NCBI GenBank assembly: GCA_965261595.1
Contig: CBDHDG010000007.1
Span: 928,001-992,000, forward strand
Source of the DNA: a bacterium
GTDB lineage: Bacteria > UBA8248 > JACPRG01 > G963555815
DNA: 64,000 nucleotides
Direction of reading: 5' to 3'
Below the pieces are notes generated by a model. That model ran no database searches, was not told where the DNA came from, and saw only the letters and a program-made list of their open reading frames with translations. Both the position numbers and the translations under genes were made by a program. The stretch's first letter is position 1. Each line of letters opens with the position of its first letter. Of the stretch, positions 11,021 through 21,337 are shown in pieces.

Positions 11021-13310
11021 TGAATACGATGGCGCGAGGCCACCGTTCTTCCGGAATCCCATCACTGATGTAGACCCACCACGGCCGCGAGGCGGATTCG
11101 ACACAAGCCAACACCTCCCCGTGGGCCATGTGTCCAGGGCTGAAGTATTCCTCCCGACCCTGGATTTCATCGAAATGGCCGCCCGCCGGTTGACGCTGGA
11201 TGCTGACCCATGAATCGCCGTCGGGGGCTCTTGCGGCGTGGCGGTCAAGGGCGGTTCGCACTTTGTGGCGCATCGGTAGCAGGAAGTCGCTGTGCAGATA
11301 GAGCGTCCCCGCGCTCATATTCTCCGGCGCGAGCTCGAAGCCAACCCAGTATGCGAAGGCAACCAGGTTGAGGAACCCGCGCAGGTTCGGAAGGAGAATG
11401 CCCCTTTCCTTCAGTTCGTCGACCTGCTGGAGCAGCTTCCAGGCCCGCAGTGCGGTGAAATCCGGCAGGCTTCCCAGAAGCATAAAATCGGACGCGGATA
11501 CGCAAAGCCGCTGCCAGCCGGGCGGAAAGTCTGGAAGGTCTTCCAAAGTCGGCGAGAACCTCCGCCCGACGCCGCCGTGCACGAGAACCGTCAGGCCTCT
11601 CCGGTAGTCCTGTCTACTCGCAAGGGCCGACGCACGCTCCCGGATCCGCTTGCAGACCGCCTCCTCAAGCGGACGGATACTGGCGAGCCCTGCCTCGCCG
11701 GCAGCCTCGAAATCATCCGGGACGAAGACCAGATGGACATATCCGCTTTCGTCGAACGTCCCGATGAACTCCCGCATGCCGTCGTCGGGATCCGGCTCTG
11801 GCATCTCGATGTATCCGACACCCCAACCCGGGCGCCCCAACAGGAACGCTTCCGAAAATTGCGCCAAGTGCCATGTCGATTGGAATGGCCGTAGGTCTCC
11901 TGCCGCCGCAGCCTGCTCAATCGCGAAACGCCTGACCGCCGTACCAATCGCGGTTGGGACAGCGACTGTCGTGCACCCCTTGAGCCGCACCAGGGGGCGA
12001 CGTTCCAGCGCTGGGTGACCCATCGTCTGTCCGGCGAGCGAGCCCGCATGCTCGTTTTGAATGACGAAGGGGTAGAGGGCCCCCGGCCCGACCCCTATCG
12101 CGGCCAGGTCCTCGTCGCTGAAAACGACATGACGACTCGATTCCTTCACCGCTGAATCGCGGAGGACGATCTTTTCCCCCGGCGTGCTTTCCGTGCGGGT
12201 GTAACGCTCCGCCCCGGCCCGTTCGGCCAAGGCCTCGCTCAAGCGCAGCAAAGCCATGATGTGTCCTAGGGCCTCCCGCGCCCAAGGACGCTCTTCTCCG
12301 ATCCTGAGCAGCGTCTCGGTGCAGGCTCTCACATATTCTGCGTTGTTTTCCCAGCGCCCCTGGAACAACCGTGCGTTCCCGAAACTCGCCTCCACATTCG
12401 AGACAAAGACATCCTCGATCGGGATCTCTAGCTTCGCGATCGGGTCCTCGTCGATCTCGGTCAGCCACTCGCGCAACTGCTGTAGGCCCGGCTTCTTCCT
12501 GCCCCGGCAAGCCAGCGCGGCCAGATGAAGCAGCGCTTCGATTCGGGCGGTCGCCGTGTGGTTCTCTGGACGGGTCAGCAGGCCGGAAAGAAGCACAGCT
12601 ACCGCGGGGAAACTGTATTTCCGGAGGCGCCTTAGCAATCGGGCTTGACGCGCCGCTATGCCTCGGAGGTCCCGCACCTTGGCTCCTGCAGCGTCCGCGG
12701 ACAGCAATCTGGCGGCTTCGCCCTGAGGGTCCAGAGGTTCGCTCTCTTCTACGATAGCAACGAAAGCATCCAGGTCAGCAATGACCCCCGAAGCTGCCTT
12801 TGGAGCGGATTCGGCCAGAATCGAGGCCAAGGTTTCCTTCGGCTCATTGGCGATTCTGGCTGCGTCTTCATGGCGTCCCATGGCGCGCGCGGTTTCGACC
12901 ATGGAGTTCCGCAGGCCGTCGAGCGCCTCGTCCGGCATACTGGCGATCCACCCCGCCATGTCGGTGTCGGGCGGGGCTATGAAGACATGCGCGCCGACAG
13001 CGAACAGCGCGGCCTGCATCGCGAAGTCGCTCACCTTCTCCGGGGCTTCCGGCGCCAAGACTGCGAGGGCATCCGCAACTGCGGCGGCGAGAAGTCGCTC
13101 GGCTCCGGCAACGGCACCGGGATCGATCCCGCCATCGCTCACCTTCGAGTCCGGTTCCCTTGCCGCCCGCCGGACGAGCGAGTCCTTGGATGCAGCGATT
13201 GCGGCCTGCCGCTCGGCACGGGTGAAAGACTGCAAAGCGTTATTGAATGTCATCGTCAACGCATTCCGATCCAGTCTTGAAGCGACTCCCCGCGGGCCGT
13301 TCCACTTCAA
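11021..13310 (-). pseudogene. Large hypothetical protein truncated by IS1380 insertion
   Basis: About 760 codons open; the last residues (ISHLDHKIRQ...) are read from the IS end. Contains a conserved-looking block GLLT.PE....RIE.L.HLA / EDVFVSNV...GNARLFQG.WE. Confidence 0.7.
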
Positions 13311-13722
13311 TGAGGCGCCGAGGCCGGATTACCAGATAGCGCCCGGGACCGACCCACGGGGGCCCTTCATGCCGGAGCGGTCGGACCGCGGCGCGGTATC
13401 TTCATCGAGTGCTAGAAATTTCCTATCCGCCATAGGAAAGGCGGACACCCTTTTGCCCGGATTCGGCCAAAAGTCTAATCGACGGCACGCGCCCAACCTT
13501 CCGTCAGTGCACTGATGGCAGTGAAGCAGGCCTCGGGCCAAACTGACCACCATCGGCTTCGGTAATCGCACCACCCAACGACCGAACACACACCCGCCGT
13601 CATCGTCACCCGCTGACCAAAGCCTTACTCGCCACCGCCGCGCATCCCGGCTGGTTGCACGCTTCCGTCCCCGCAATTTCGGCGGCCTCGGTGTGCCGCC
13701 CGACATTGCGCTGTCCCGCCCT

Positions 13723-15134
13723 TGGAGTTACTCGTTTCAGTGGACAGTTTAGGGCTGTCCCCTCCAGCCCTGAGTTGGGCGACAGCCGGTGGACGTAAAG
13801 TCTTCCCCAAGATCGGTGGATAGGATATCGCTGGAGGGGATATCTTTCCCTTTGGCTCACCGCTCCAGCAAGCACCGGGCACCCCTCGGGCCGGACGATG
13901 AACGTTGCGCACTGCACCCGGCGTTGCCTTCGCCGCGTCGCGTTCGAAGTCGTTGGGGCTGAGGTAACCCAGGGCGGAATGACGATGGCGTGGGTTGTAC
14001 CAGCCTTCGATGAATTGGAAGATCGCCATGCGCGCCTGGGCCTGGGTACGGAACGAACGCCGGTCGATGAGCTCGCGCTCCAGCGTGGCGAAAAAGCTCT
14101 CGGCCATGGCGTTATCAAAGCAGTCCCCGGCCGACCCGGTCGAGGGAAGCACCCCCATCTCCCGGCATCGTTTGCCAAAGGCGAGCAAAGTGTACTGCGT
14201 TCCCCGGTCCGAATGATTCACGACCCCATAGGGCCGGCGCTGTCCCAGCGCCATGTTGAGCGCCCCGAGCACCAGTTCGGTGCGAAGATGATGGGCCATG
14301 CACCACCCTACGATCCGGCGGCTGAACACGTCGAGCACGACCGCTAGGTACACGAACCCCGCCCAGGTCGGCACGTAGGTGATGTCGGCCACCCAGATTC
14401 GGTCCGGTGCATCGGCCTGGAACTGGCGTTCGACCCGGTCCGGGACCGCACGATGACTCGGGTCCAGACGCGTGGTGCGCGTGCCCCGGCGCCGGCTCAC
14501 CCCGGCCAAGCCCGACTCGCGCATGAGACGAGCCACCCGTTTACGGCCCACCCGGCAGCCGCCGGCCATCAGCCCGGCATGCACCCGAGGTGCCCCGTAC
14601 GTGCCACTAGAGGCCTCGTGGAGGGTCCGAATCATGCCGCGCAGCTCCTCGTCGCACCGGGTACGAGGTGAACGCCCACGGCCTCGCCACGCATAGTACC
14701 CGCTGGGGGAGACGCCCAGCACCCGGCACATCGTGGCCACCCGATGACAGGCTTGGTTCGCCTTCACGAGCCCGAAGACCTCCCCGGCACCGAGCCGGTC
14801 TCCCGTGCGAACCAGACCGCGGCTTTTTTCAGGATCTCCCGTTCCTCGCGAAGCTGACGGTTCTCCCGGCGAAGCCGGGGCGCAGCTCCTCGAGATTTGA
14901 GCTTGTCAGACCGTCCTCACGACGGCCCTCGTCGCGGTCGGCCTGGCGCACCCAGTTGCGAATCGCCAAAGCGGAACACTCGAACTCCCGGGCCAGCTCC
15001 CCGGGCGTACGGCCCGAGCGAACCAACTCGACCATCTGGCGCCGGTACTCCGGCGCGTAGGGCGAATGAGTCTTTCGCATCTGAACACCTCCTGCGCACA
15101 GTCTGAAGGTGTCCACGAAAACGGGTCAACTCCA
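13723..15134 (-). mobile_element. IS3-family insertion sequence (orfA about 15080-14829, orfB from 14767)
   Basis: Terminal inverted repeats TGGAGTTGACCCGTTTTCGTGGACA / TGGAGTTACTCGTTTCAGTGGACA. DDE motifs WVADITY, HSDRGTQY, DNAMAESFF. A-rich frameshift site (AAAAAAG) at the orfA end. Confidence 0.92.
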
Positions 15135-15295
15135 CCGATCCGTCCGGCCGCGCACCGTGCAGTTGAAAGCCTTGTTTCGCCAAATCAATGCCGATGATGT
15201 TCACTTGTTCCATGGACGCTTCCTCCTTCAGGGGTTGAACACGACACCACCTTGCCACAGCGTGATGCCGTCGGGAGGGGCGTCCACCCCATCGA
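15135..15295 (-). mobile_element. IS110/IS1111-family left end and transposase N-terminus, cut by the IS3
   Basis: MEQVNIIGIDLAKQGFQLHG (GIDLAK DEDD motif) from ATG about 15213. The remainder is not found on the other side of the IS3. Confidence 0.75.
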
Positions 15296-15329
15296 TACGG
15301 GTACCGCAGGATCACGGCGATGCTTCGCC

Positions 15330-16031
15330 TTAGAGGGGTGGAAGGTGAACCCCAAGCGCGTGGAAAGGCTTTGGAGACAGGAGGGGCTGAAGGTCCCGTC
15401 TAGACAGCCGAAACGAAGGAGACTGTGGCTCCATGACGGCTGTTGCGTACGCCTGAGACCGACTCATCGGAACCATGTCTGGAGCTATGACTTCATGCAT
15501 GAGCGCACCCAAGAAGGGAGGGCTTTCCGGCTGTTAACCATTTTGGATGAGCACAGCCTTTGAATGTTGTTCCATTGATGCCCCAAGGCAGATGAATCAC
15601 CAGGATGTGCTGGAGCGGTTGGCAGAGCTGTTTGTGGGCCGGGGCGTCCCTGAATGCCTCCGGTCAGATAACGGATCGGAGTTCACGGCCAGGGTGGTCA
15701 GGGACTGGCTCAAGGCGGTTGGCGTGAGGACGTTGTACATCGAGCCAGGGAGTCCCTGGGAGAACGGATATGTGGAGAGTTTCAATGGGAAGCTGAGGGA
15801 TGAGCTCCTGGACGTGGAGGTGTTTGAGACGCTGAAGGAAGCCCGGGTGCTGGTGGAGAGGTGGAGGCGGGAGTACAACCAGCGACGGCCTCACAGCGCC
15901 TTGGCCTACCGGCCGCCTGCGCCAGAGGCCAGATTCCCAAGAACCCAAGCCCTGGCGCCGGTCCCCCGGGGTGGACTTCAAATGGTCCCGTGTCTAACGT
16001 AACAGGTGGTCTCGTTGGGGGGGGCAGGTCA
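15330..16031 (+). mobile_element. IS3-family orfB fragment (frameshifted about 15560) with right end
   Basis: NPKRVERLWRQEGL, HVWSYDF, RSDNGSEF, PGSPWENGYVESFNGKLRDE; ends ...ggggcaggtca. Confidence 0.85.
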
Positions 16032-16312
16032 TCGAACCCGGTAGTCCCTGGGACAATGGGTATTGTGAGAGTTTCAATGGGAAGCTGAGAGACGAATGCC
16101 TGAATGGTGAGGTTTCTATTCGGGAGGAGGCCCAGATTGTGATTGAGCCATGGCGGGAGGAATATAACACCCGGAAACCCCACTCGGCGCTGAATGATAG
16201 GCCCCCGGCGCCGGAGGTCTGCACTCCATTCCTTCCCCCCAAACCGGTTTCACAGCCTCAGGCTGTCATGTAAACTCTCTCCCAAAAAGTGGTACAAAAA
16301 CTCGTCTGGTCA
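16032..16312 (+). mobile_element. Second IS3-family orfB C-terminal fragment with right end
   Basis: IEPGSPWDNGYCESFNGKLRDECLNGE, followed by gtggtacaaaaactcgtctggtca. Confidence 0.7.
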
Positions 16313-16388
16313 GCCTGACGGAACGCTTACCGGAACAGTTACGGGGCATCCAGGGGGCGGCCGTCATTCGCATCCATGTCACGCCGCA

Positions 16389-16424
16389 ATAGTGCGCAAA
16401 TCCGATTGCGAAATGCTTACGCAA
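16389..16424 (+). repeat. 36-bp dyad-containing site, inverted copy of 9093-9128
   Basis: atagtgcgcaaatccgattgcgaaatgcttacgcaa; a TATAAT lies about 55 bp further out. Confidence 0.8.
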
Positions 16425-16651
16425 CTCTCTGAAGCGCAATCGGGTGCGCTGCGAAAAATAAAGCTAGCATTTTATTGTATAATGAAAATATCGGAGATAC
16501 AACCGTAGGGCAGTTCATATATGTTCCACAAGAGTGGCCCTTGTGCAACGCGCGCATGACCTCGAAGCCCTTGATGCGGAAAAAGGAATTTCGGTTTGAT
16601 TTCTTTCTGGCACATAACGTGAAGGAAACAGAGTATTCCGAGAGGTGGAGA

Positions 16652-16850
16652 TTATTCTTTCCAAAAGGACTTTAACCTCCCAACAAGCTCCAAAACGTAA
16701 TCAAAATAAAAATTAAACTCCTCTAAATCCACCTCAGGTCCTACGGTCAATTCAAGCGCCGAGAAACCTAGGCGATGATACTCCCGAGTATCTCCGATTT
16801 GGCCGAGCAATTTTAATGGCACCCTTTTGGCCACGAACATTGCGTTCAAG
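16652..16850 (-). pseudogene. C-terminal remnant, possibly of an AbiEii/AbiGii-like nucleotidyltransferase, truncated by IS1380
   Basis: FVAKRVPLKLLGQIGDTREYHR...FNFYFDYV...W resembles, from memory, C-termini of AbiEii-family proteins. The upstream part of the listed ORF is IS sequence. Confidence 0.4.
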
Positions 16851-18518
16851 CCGGAATTTCCCATATCAACTTGCTTGGGTGGTTTCCGGTCCCCTTTCCC
16901 GATGAAAACCAGTTGACCCCCTTCCGATGGGTTTGTCAAGAGCCTTCCAACCCTCCGCAACAAGGTGCTGACGGCCATCGACTGCCCCAAAAGGCGGACC
17001 CTCGCCCTTCGGTCCCCTTTGTTCGCGGTTCAACCCGTTAACCAATCACCTCATGCTGCCGGGAACCCTCTGCACAAGGTTAGACCGGCACCGGCCGTAA
17101 TCGGTTGATTCGGTCCAGGATGATGGCGAACTCTTCCCTGGACACCGCTACTTCGGCCAATTGAAAGATGATCTACCGGGCGTGCCGCACAATCCTCCCG
17201 CCCATTTTGATGAGCTTGACCTGGAGGCTTCGCAGCGACCAGTGCTTGAGCCCCCTGGGCAAGGCTAGCCTGCGCAGGAAATTGCCCAGGTTGTACGCCA
17301 GGACGAAGAGAAGGAGCCGCACCTGGTTGCACACGAACCGGTGACAGGAAAGGCGTGTCCAGTTCAGGGCGTACTTGCCTTCCTTGATCCATTGCTCGGC
17401 TGTGCCTCGCTGGTTGTAGAAGTGCACGACCCCCTCGGGTCGAGCCGTCAGGTTCGTGACAATGAATCCGACGCGAGGGAAGAGTTCGCCTGAGTGCCAT
17501 TCCACCTTCGCCACGACCCGCCGGGAACGGTCCCAGCTTCCAGCCTGATACCGGAAGTCGTAATAGAAGATGATGGGTCTCTTGGGCGGGCGACCGACCG
17601 GGCGGGTGAGGAGGAAGTCGATCTCTCGCTGCACCACGTCGTTGGCGGGAAGGCGGATGGCGTAATGGAAGCTGTGCGCTTCCAGGCACTCATAGACCTC
17701 CGGGCGCGCAAAGGCGGCATCGGCTCGGAAGTAACGGCGAACACCCGCCCGCTCATACCGGGCCGCGATGGGCGAAAGCAACTCGCGCCAGCCATCGGCG
17801 CTGTGCACGTTGCCGGGGCGCAACATCGCCCCTTCGCAGTCCCCGAACTGGTTAAAGCAAAAAAGAGGGTGATAACAGGTGCAACGAAAGTGGCCGTTGT
17901 AGGCCGTACCTTCCTGCTCCCCATGGACGGGGCTTTCCGAGCTGTCCATGTCCAGGATGATTCGCTGATGGGGTGAGTGTGCCATGGTCCGGTCCACCCA
18001 CTCCCGGTTCAGCTCGCTCCGGCCCCTTGAGATTCTCCTCCCTGGTGAGAACCTCGGTCTCGAACCGGCTCAGGGTGTTGGCGCCCGCCGCCTGCTTCTC
18101 AAGCGCTCGGCGGCCGACCACGGCTTGCATCGCGGGGTCCTGGGCCAACCGCTCGGCATCGTTGGTGTCTTCATACCCTGCCAAGCGGCTATAGACCGAC
18201 TGGCGCAATAGCGGCGCCAACTCATGCTGGATGTTCCGGCCATGACGGATCTCTTGCAATTGCACTGGCGCTCTCACCGTCAAACCCAGCGCATCATCCA
18301 GCTCCCGGCAGGCCAGCAATCCCGCATCCAAAGTGATTCTGGTTCCGTGAAACTCAAGCCTCAGCCGACGGTCAAAACGGATCTTCAAAGCCCCCTTCTT
18401 CGCTTCACCCATTGGGTCCCCTCGCAAGATGATGGCAGGGGGAGGCCAACACCTTGATCTTACATGAGAAAACGGCATTCGGTCCGACAAAACTTATGAT
18501 CCATATGGGAAATGCGGG
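16851..18518 (-). mobile_element. IS1380-family element, full length; transposase 18412-17080 has a frameshift (about 18025) and a premature TAG (17173)
   Basis: TIRs ccggaatttcccatat / cccgcatttcccatat; motifs LDMDSSES, RADAAF, YNQRGTAEQWIKEGK. Confidence 0.92.
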
Positions 18519-18545
18519 CTTGATCGTCCCGTAGGCCAGAATCAT

Positions 18546-19208
18546 CTAGTCGTCCCCGGTGGCCCCAAACTCGGGGTGCAGGGGACCCACCAGCAGACCG
18601 TCCTCCTTATTGAAGAACATCCGTCGATTCGCCCGCTTGGCGAGCAGCCGGGGCCGGTCGATCACCGTGCTCTCGATCTGCACGATGACCGCGCCGATAA
18701 GCGCTACTACTAGGTTGGAATCTCTGTCACTCGAGTTCCATACGACCCTCACGTCGCCGGTCCAGAGTGTCGTGCCCGAAGGGACGTCGACCAGCCGTCC
18801 CTTGACCGACACCACCGTCTTGGAATTCACCACTTGGTATTTCTGACCCCAGTCGACGATCGTGATGTACAGAACCGCATCCGCACCGATGATCTCGTCG
18901 ATCTTGTTCAACGAGACGCCGTGCATCTCGCCGGCGGTCGGTAGCCCGTTGTCCTTCATGTATTCCTCAACGACCGACACCGGAAAAATGTAGTACCCGC
19001 GTTCGGCAACAGGCTTCGTGACTGTGGTCAGGTAGGAGTAGGGTGCACTCACCTCCACCGATTCGTTGAGCGGCGGCAGCACGAGAATCGAACGCGGCAT
19101 GTGTTCCCGGTAGGTGGAGTAGTCGTACGACGGCTCAGATACGGGTCCCGTGCACCCCATCACTCCCGACAGCAGGAACCCCGAGAAGAGGATGCGTTTC
19201 GAGCTCAC
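18546..19208 (-). CDS. DUF799 (GNA1162-like) lipoprotein
   Basis: Lipobox VMGC; PRSILVLPPLNES, AERGYY.FPV, GADAVLYITI. GTG start overlaps the upstream stop. Confidence 0.85.
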   Translation of the reverse strand: MSSKRILFSGFLLSGVMGCTGPVSEPSYDYSTYREHMPRSILVLPPLNESVEVSAPYSYLTTVTKPVAERGYYIFPVSVVEEYMKDNGLPTAGEMHGVSLNKIDEIIGADAVLYITIVDWGQKYQVVNSKTVVSVKGRLVDVPSGTTLWTGDVRVVWNSSDRDSNLVVALIGAVIVQIESTVIDRPRLLAKRANRRMFFNKEDGLLVGPLHPEFGATGDD

Positions 19209-19570
19209 TGCGATTTCCGCCTTATGCGGGAGAGGAGGCGGTTGATGAAGGTTGCCGATTCCGGAAAGAGCTCCCGCTCGCGCTCGAAGTGAGCACGTGC
19301 AGATTCCAAGTCGCCCAATTTGTAGTGGAGAAAGCCCAGATGGGCGTGGACACCCGGTGGCACCCGCTTGTCCTCGGCCTGGGTGCGTGCGATGTCTTCG
19401 CCGAGGCGTTGCGCCTGAGTGGCCGGATCGGCCTCACCCGGCTTGGCATACGAGAGGTACATGAGGTCCTCGTAGATGCCCCACCGGTACACGGTGGTTT
19501 CTGGTGGTGATGCGCACCCCGCGAGAACCACGATGCATGCGCTGACGCCCACGAGGAGACGACGGCTCAT
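19205..19570 (-). CDS. DUF4810 lipoprotein
   Basis: Lipobox LAGC; Y.WG.Y, VPPGVHAHLG.L, E..LFPES. ATG overlaps the CsgG stop. Confidence 0.85.
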   Translation of the reverse strand: MSRRLLVGVSACIVVLAGCASPPETTVYRWGIYEDLMYLSYAKPGEADPATQAQRLGEDIARTQAEDKRVPPGVHAHLGFLHYKLGDLESARAHFERERELFPESATFINRLLSRIRRKSQ

Positions 19571-20289
19571 CGTTCCGGAGTCGGCGACCACTCGCCTCGT
19601 TGGAGTCCATCGACCAGATTGTCCACGGCCTCGACAATCGCCAAGTTCAACACCTTGCCGTTCAGCGTGGAATCGTAGCCTGCTGTGCCTCCGAAGCCAG
19701 CAATCTCTCGGTTGGAGAGCGCGAACTCGCCGGCCCCCTGAGATGAGTACACGACTTCCGAGGTGCGCACGTCAACGACGTTGAGCGCGACCTTCGCATA
19801 GGCAACCTGTTGCTTGCCTGCCCCCAGAATTCCGAATAGTTGGCGGTCGCCCGTAGTCTTGCGGCCGAATTCGGTGACGTCGCCGGTGATGGCGACCTGT
19901 GCGCCCTTCAGCGCCTGTTGCGTCCCGCCGATATCCGCCTCTTGCTGAAGCACGGCCATGTTGTCCCGGTCGACCACGACGAAGCGTCCAGTCTGCTGGA
20001 GATGAGTCTTGAGGATGGTCTTCGCCTGGCTGCCCAGCCGGTCGCCCCCTTCGGAGAAAATCCCCTGCATATAGGTCGAGCGATTCTCGAAGTTCCCGAT
20101 CACGAGAGTATGGCGAGACCCGCCAAAGGCGGTATCCGCCGAACGGGTAGTCTGCGCCTCAAGTGTTCTGGACGACTCGGTCGCGCAGCCTGAGAGGTGC
20201 ATCCAGAGAGCCGCCGCGAGGATGCTCGCGGCGGTCCGCGAAACACGGAGCCGATTGGCCTTGCACCATATAAGTATATTCACTAACAT
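19567..20289 (-). CDS. CsgG/HfaB-family lipoprotein
   Basis: LSGCATE; F.NRS.Y, L.THLQQTGRF.VVDR, ITGDVTEFGRK, GFGGTAGYDSTLNGKVL. First gene of the known three-gene lipoprotein operon. Confidence 0.88.
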   Translation of the reverse strand: MLVNILIWCKANRLRVSRTAASILAAALWMHLSGCATESSRTLEAQTTRSADTAFGGSRHTLVIGNFENRSTYMQGIFSEGGDRLGSQAKTILKTHLQQTGRFVVVDRDNMAVLQQEADIGGTQQALKGAQVAITGDVTEFGRKTTGDRQLFGILGAGKQQVAYAKVALNVVDVRTSEVVYSSQGAGEFALSNREIAGFGGTAGYDSTLNGKVLNLAIVEAVDNLVDGLQRGEWSPTPER

Positions 20290-20449
20290 CCTCGTCCCGT
20301 TATGTCCGCAGGATCCTCGCTTGCCTTCACCGACGCCCAGAACTCGCGCTGCGACAGTACTCTGTATCAGGCCCTTGAGCCCATCGGTGTACGATATACA
20401 TAAGACTTATAGTGTATTTGAATACCTGAAAAAAAAACAATCGGAGTCT

Positions 20450-20755
20450 TGTCCCATGAGACATGAGCCTGAACGGTAGGAGCGAATCCCACGAGAGATG
20501 AGCCTGAACAAGGGGATTTTGGGATCATCGGAGGATGATCTTGAAACTGGACATCGGACGGGTGCGGACCATAGACGAGGTTCGCGATTTCATGGCCGGC
20601 AGCGACGCGGTTGACTTTCACCTCACCGACCGGCGGGGGGCGTACGACTTCGTGACGCGGACCCTGAGGCGGCTGAACTACGCCGGGTCGACCAAGGCGC
20701 GGACAAGGGGGTCGTGCGTCGCTTTGTGGCGAAGGTCACGGGGTTGTCGCGGGCA
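20450..20755 (+). mobile_element. Transposase/integrase IS left-end fragment
   Basis: tgtcccatgagacat end, then MILKLD...TIDEVRDF..AYDFV..TL....Y...DKG.VRRF..KVTGLSR (frameshifted, truncated). Confidence 0.55.
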
Positions 20756-20881
20756 TCCAATGAGTGACAAGCAGAACTGTTGCATTCGGAAGCCCGTCTT
20801 TGGGCGAGGGACGGGTGTTCTCATTTCCCATTCTCGTGCTGCGCTTGCGCGAGAGAAACGGAATCCCGTCACGTTGCGGAG

Positions 20882-21110
20882 TGGAGTTGGCCCCATTTCG
20901 GTGGACACTTTCGCACTGTGCGCAGGAGGTGTTCAGATGACAAAGACTCATTCCCCTTACGCGCCGGCGTAACGGCGCCAGATGGTCGAGCGGGTCCGCG
21001 CGGGGCGCAAGCCCGGGGAGCTGGCTCGGGAGTTCGAGTGTTCCGCTTCGGCGATTCGCAACTGGGTGCGCCAGGCCGACCGCGACGAAGGCCGTCGTGA
21101 GGACGGTCTG
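20882..21110 (+). mobile_element. IS3-family left end + orfA fragment, related to 13723-15134
   Basis: tggagttggccccatttcggtggacac TIR and near-identical orfA start (KTHSPYAP) with a TAA stop; truncated. Confidence 0.85.
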
Positions 21111-21337
21111 TGGAGTTCGGGGCGTGGAGGAGCTCGGGCGGATCGTTTTTCGTGAATGGAGCCGTGCGGCGGGCCGCGGTGCGGGGATGTCGGAATCAGG
21201 GTCCCGGGAGCGATAATCGAAAAGCGTAACCGTTCGGCCGGGCCGTGATGGGCACAGCGTTGGAAGCATCGTCTACATTGGATGGAATCTTCCCAAGACA
21301 CTGGTAACGCGATTCGGCATGTGGTATTCATGTCGAC

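Noticed and set aside
15135..15295. Functional IS110 bridge/seekRNA system
   Set aside because: Only about 27 codons and the left end remain; the catalytic remainder and right non-coding end are missing.
16605..16655. Integron attC-like site (cacataac / gttatgtg)
   Set aside because: No complementary partner box or hairpin, no cassette array and no integron integrase.
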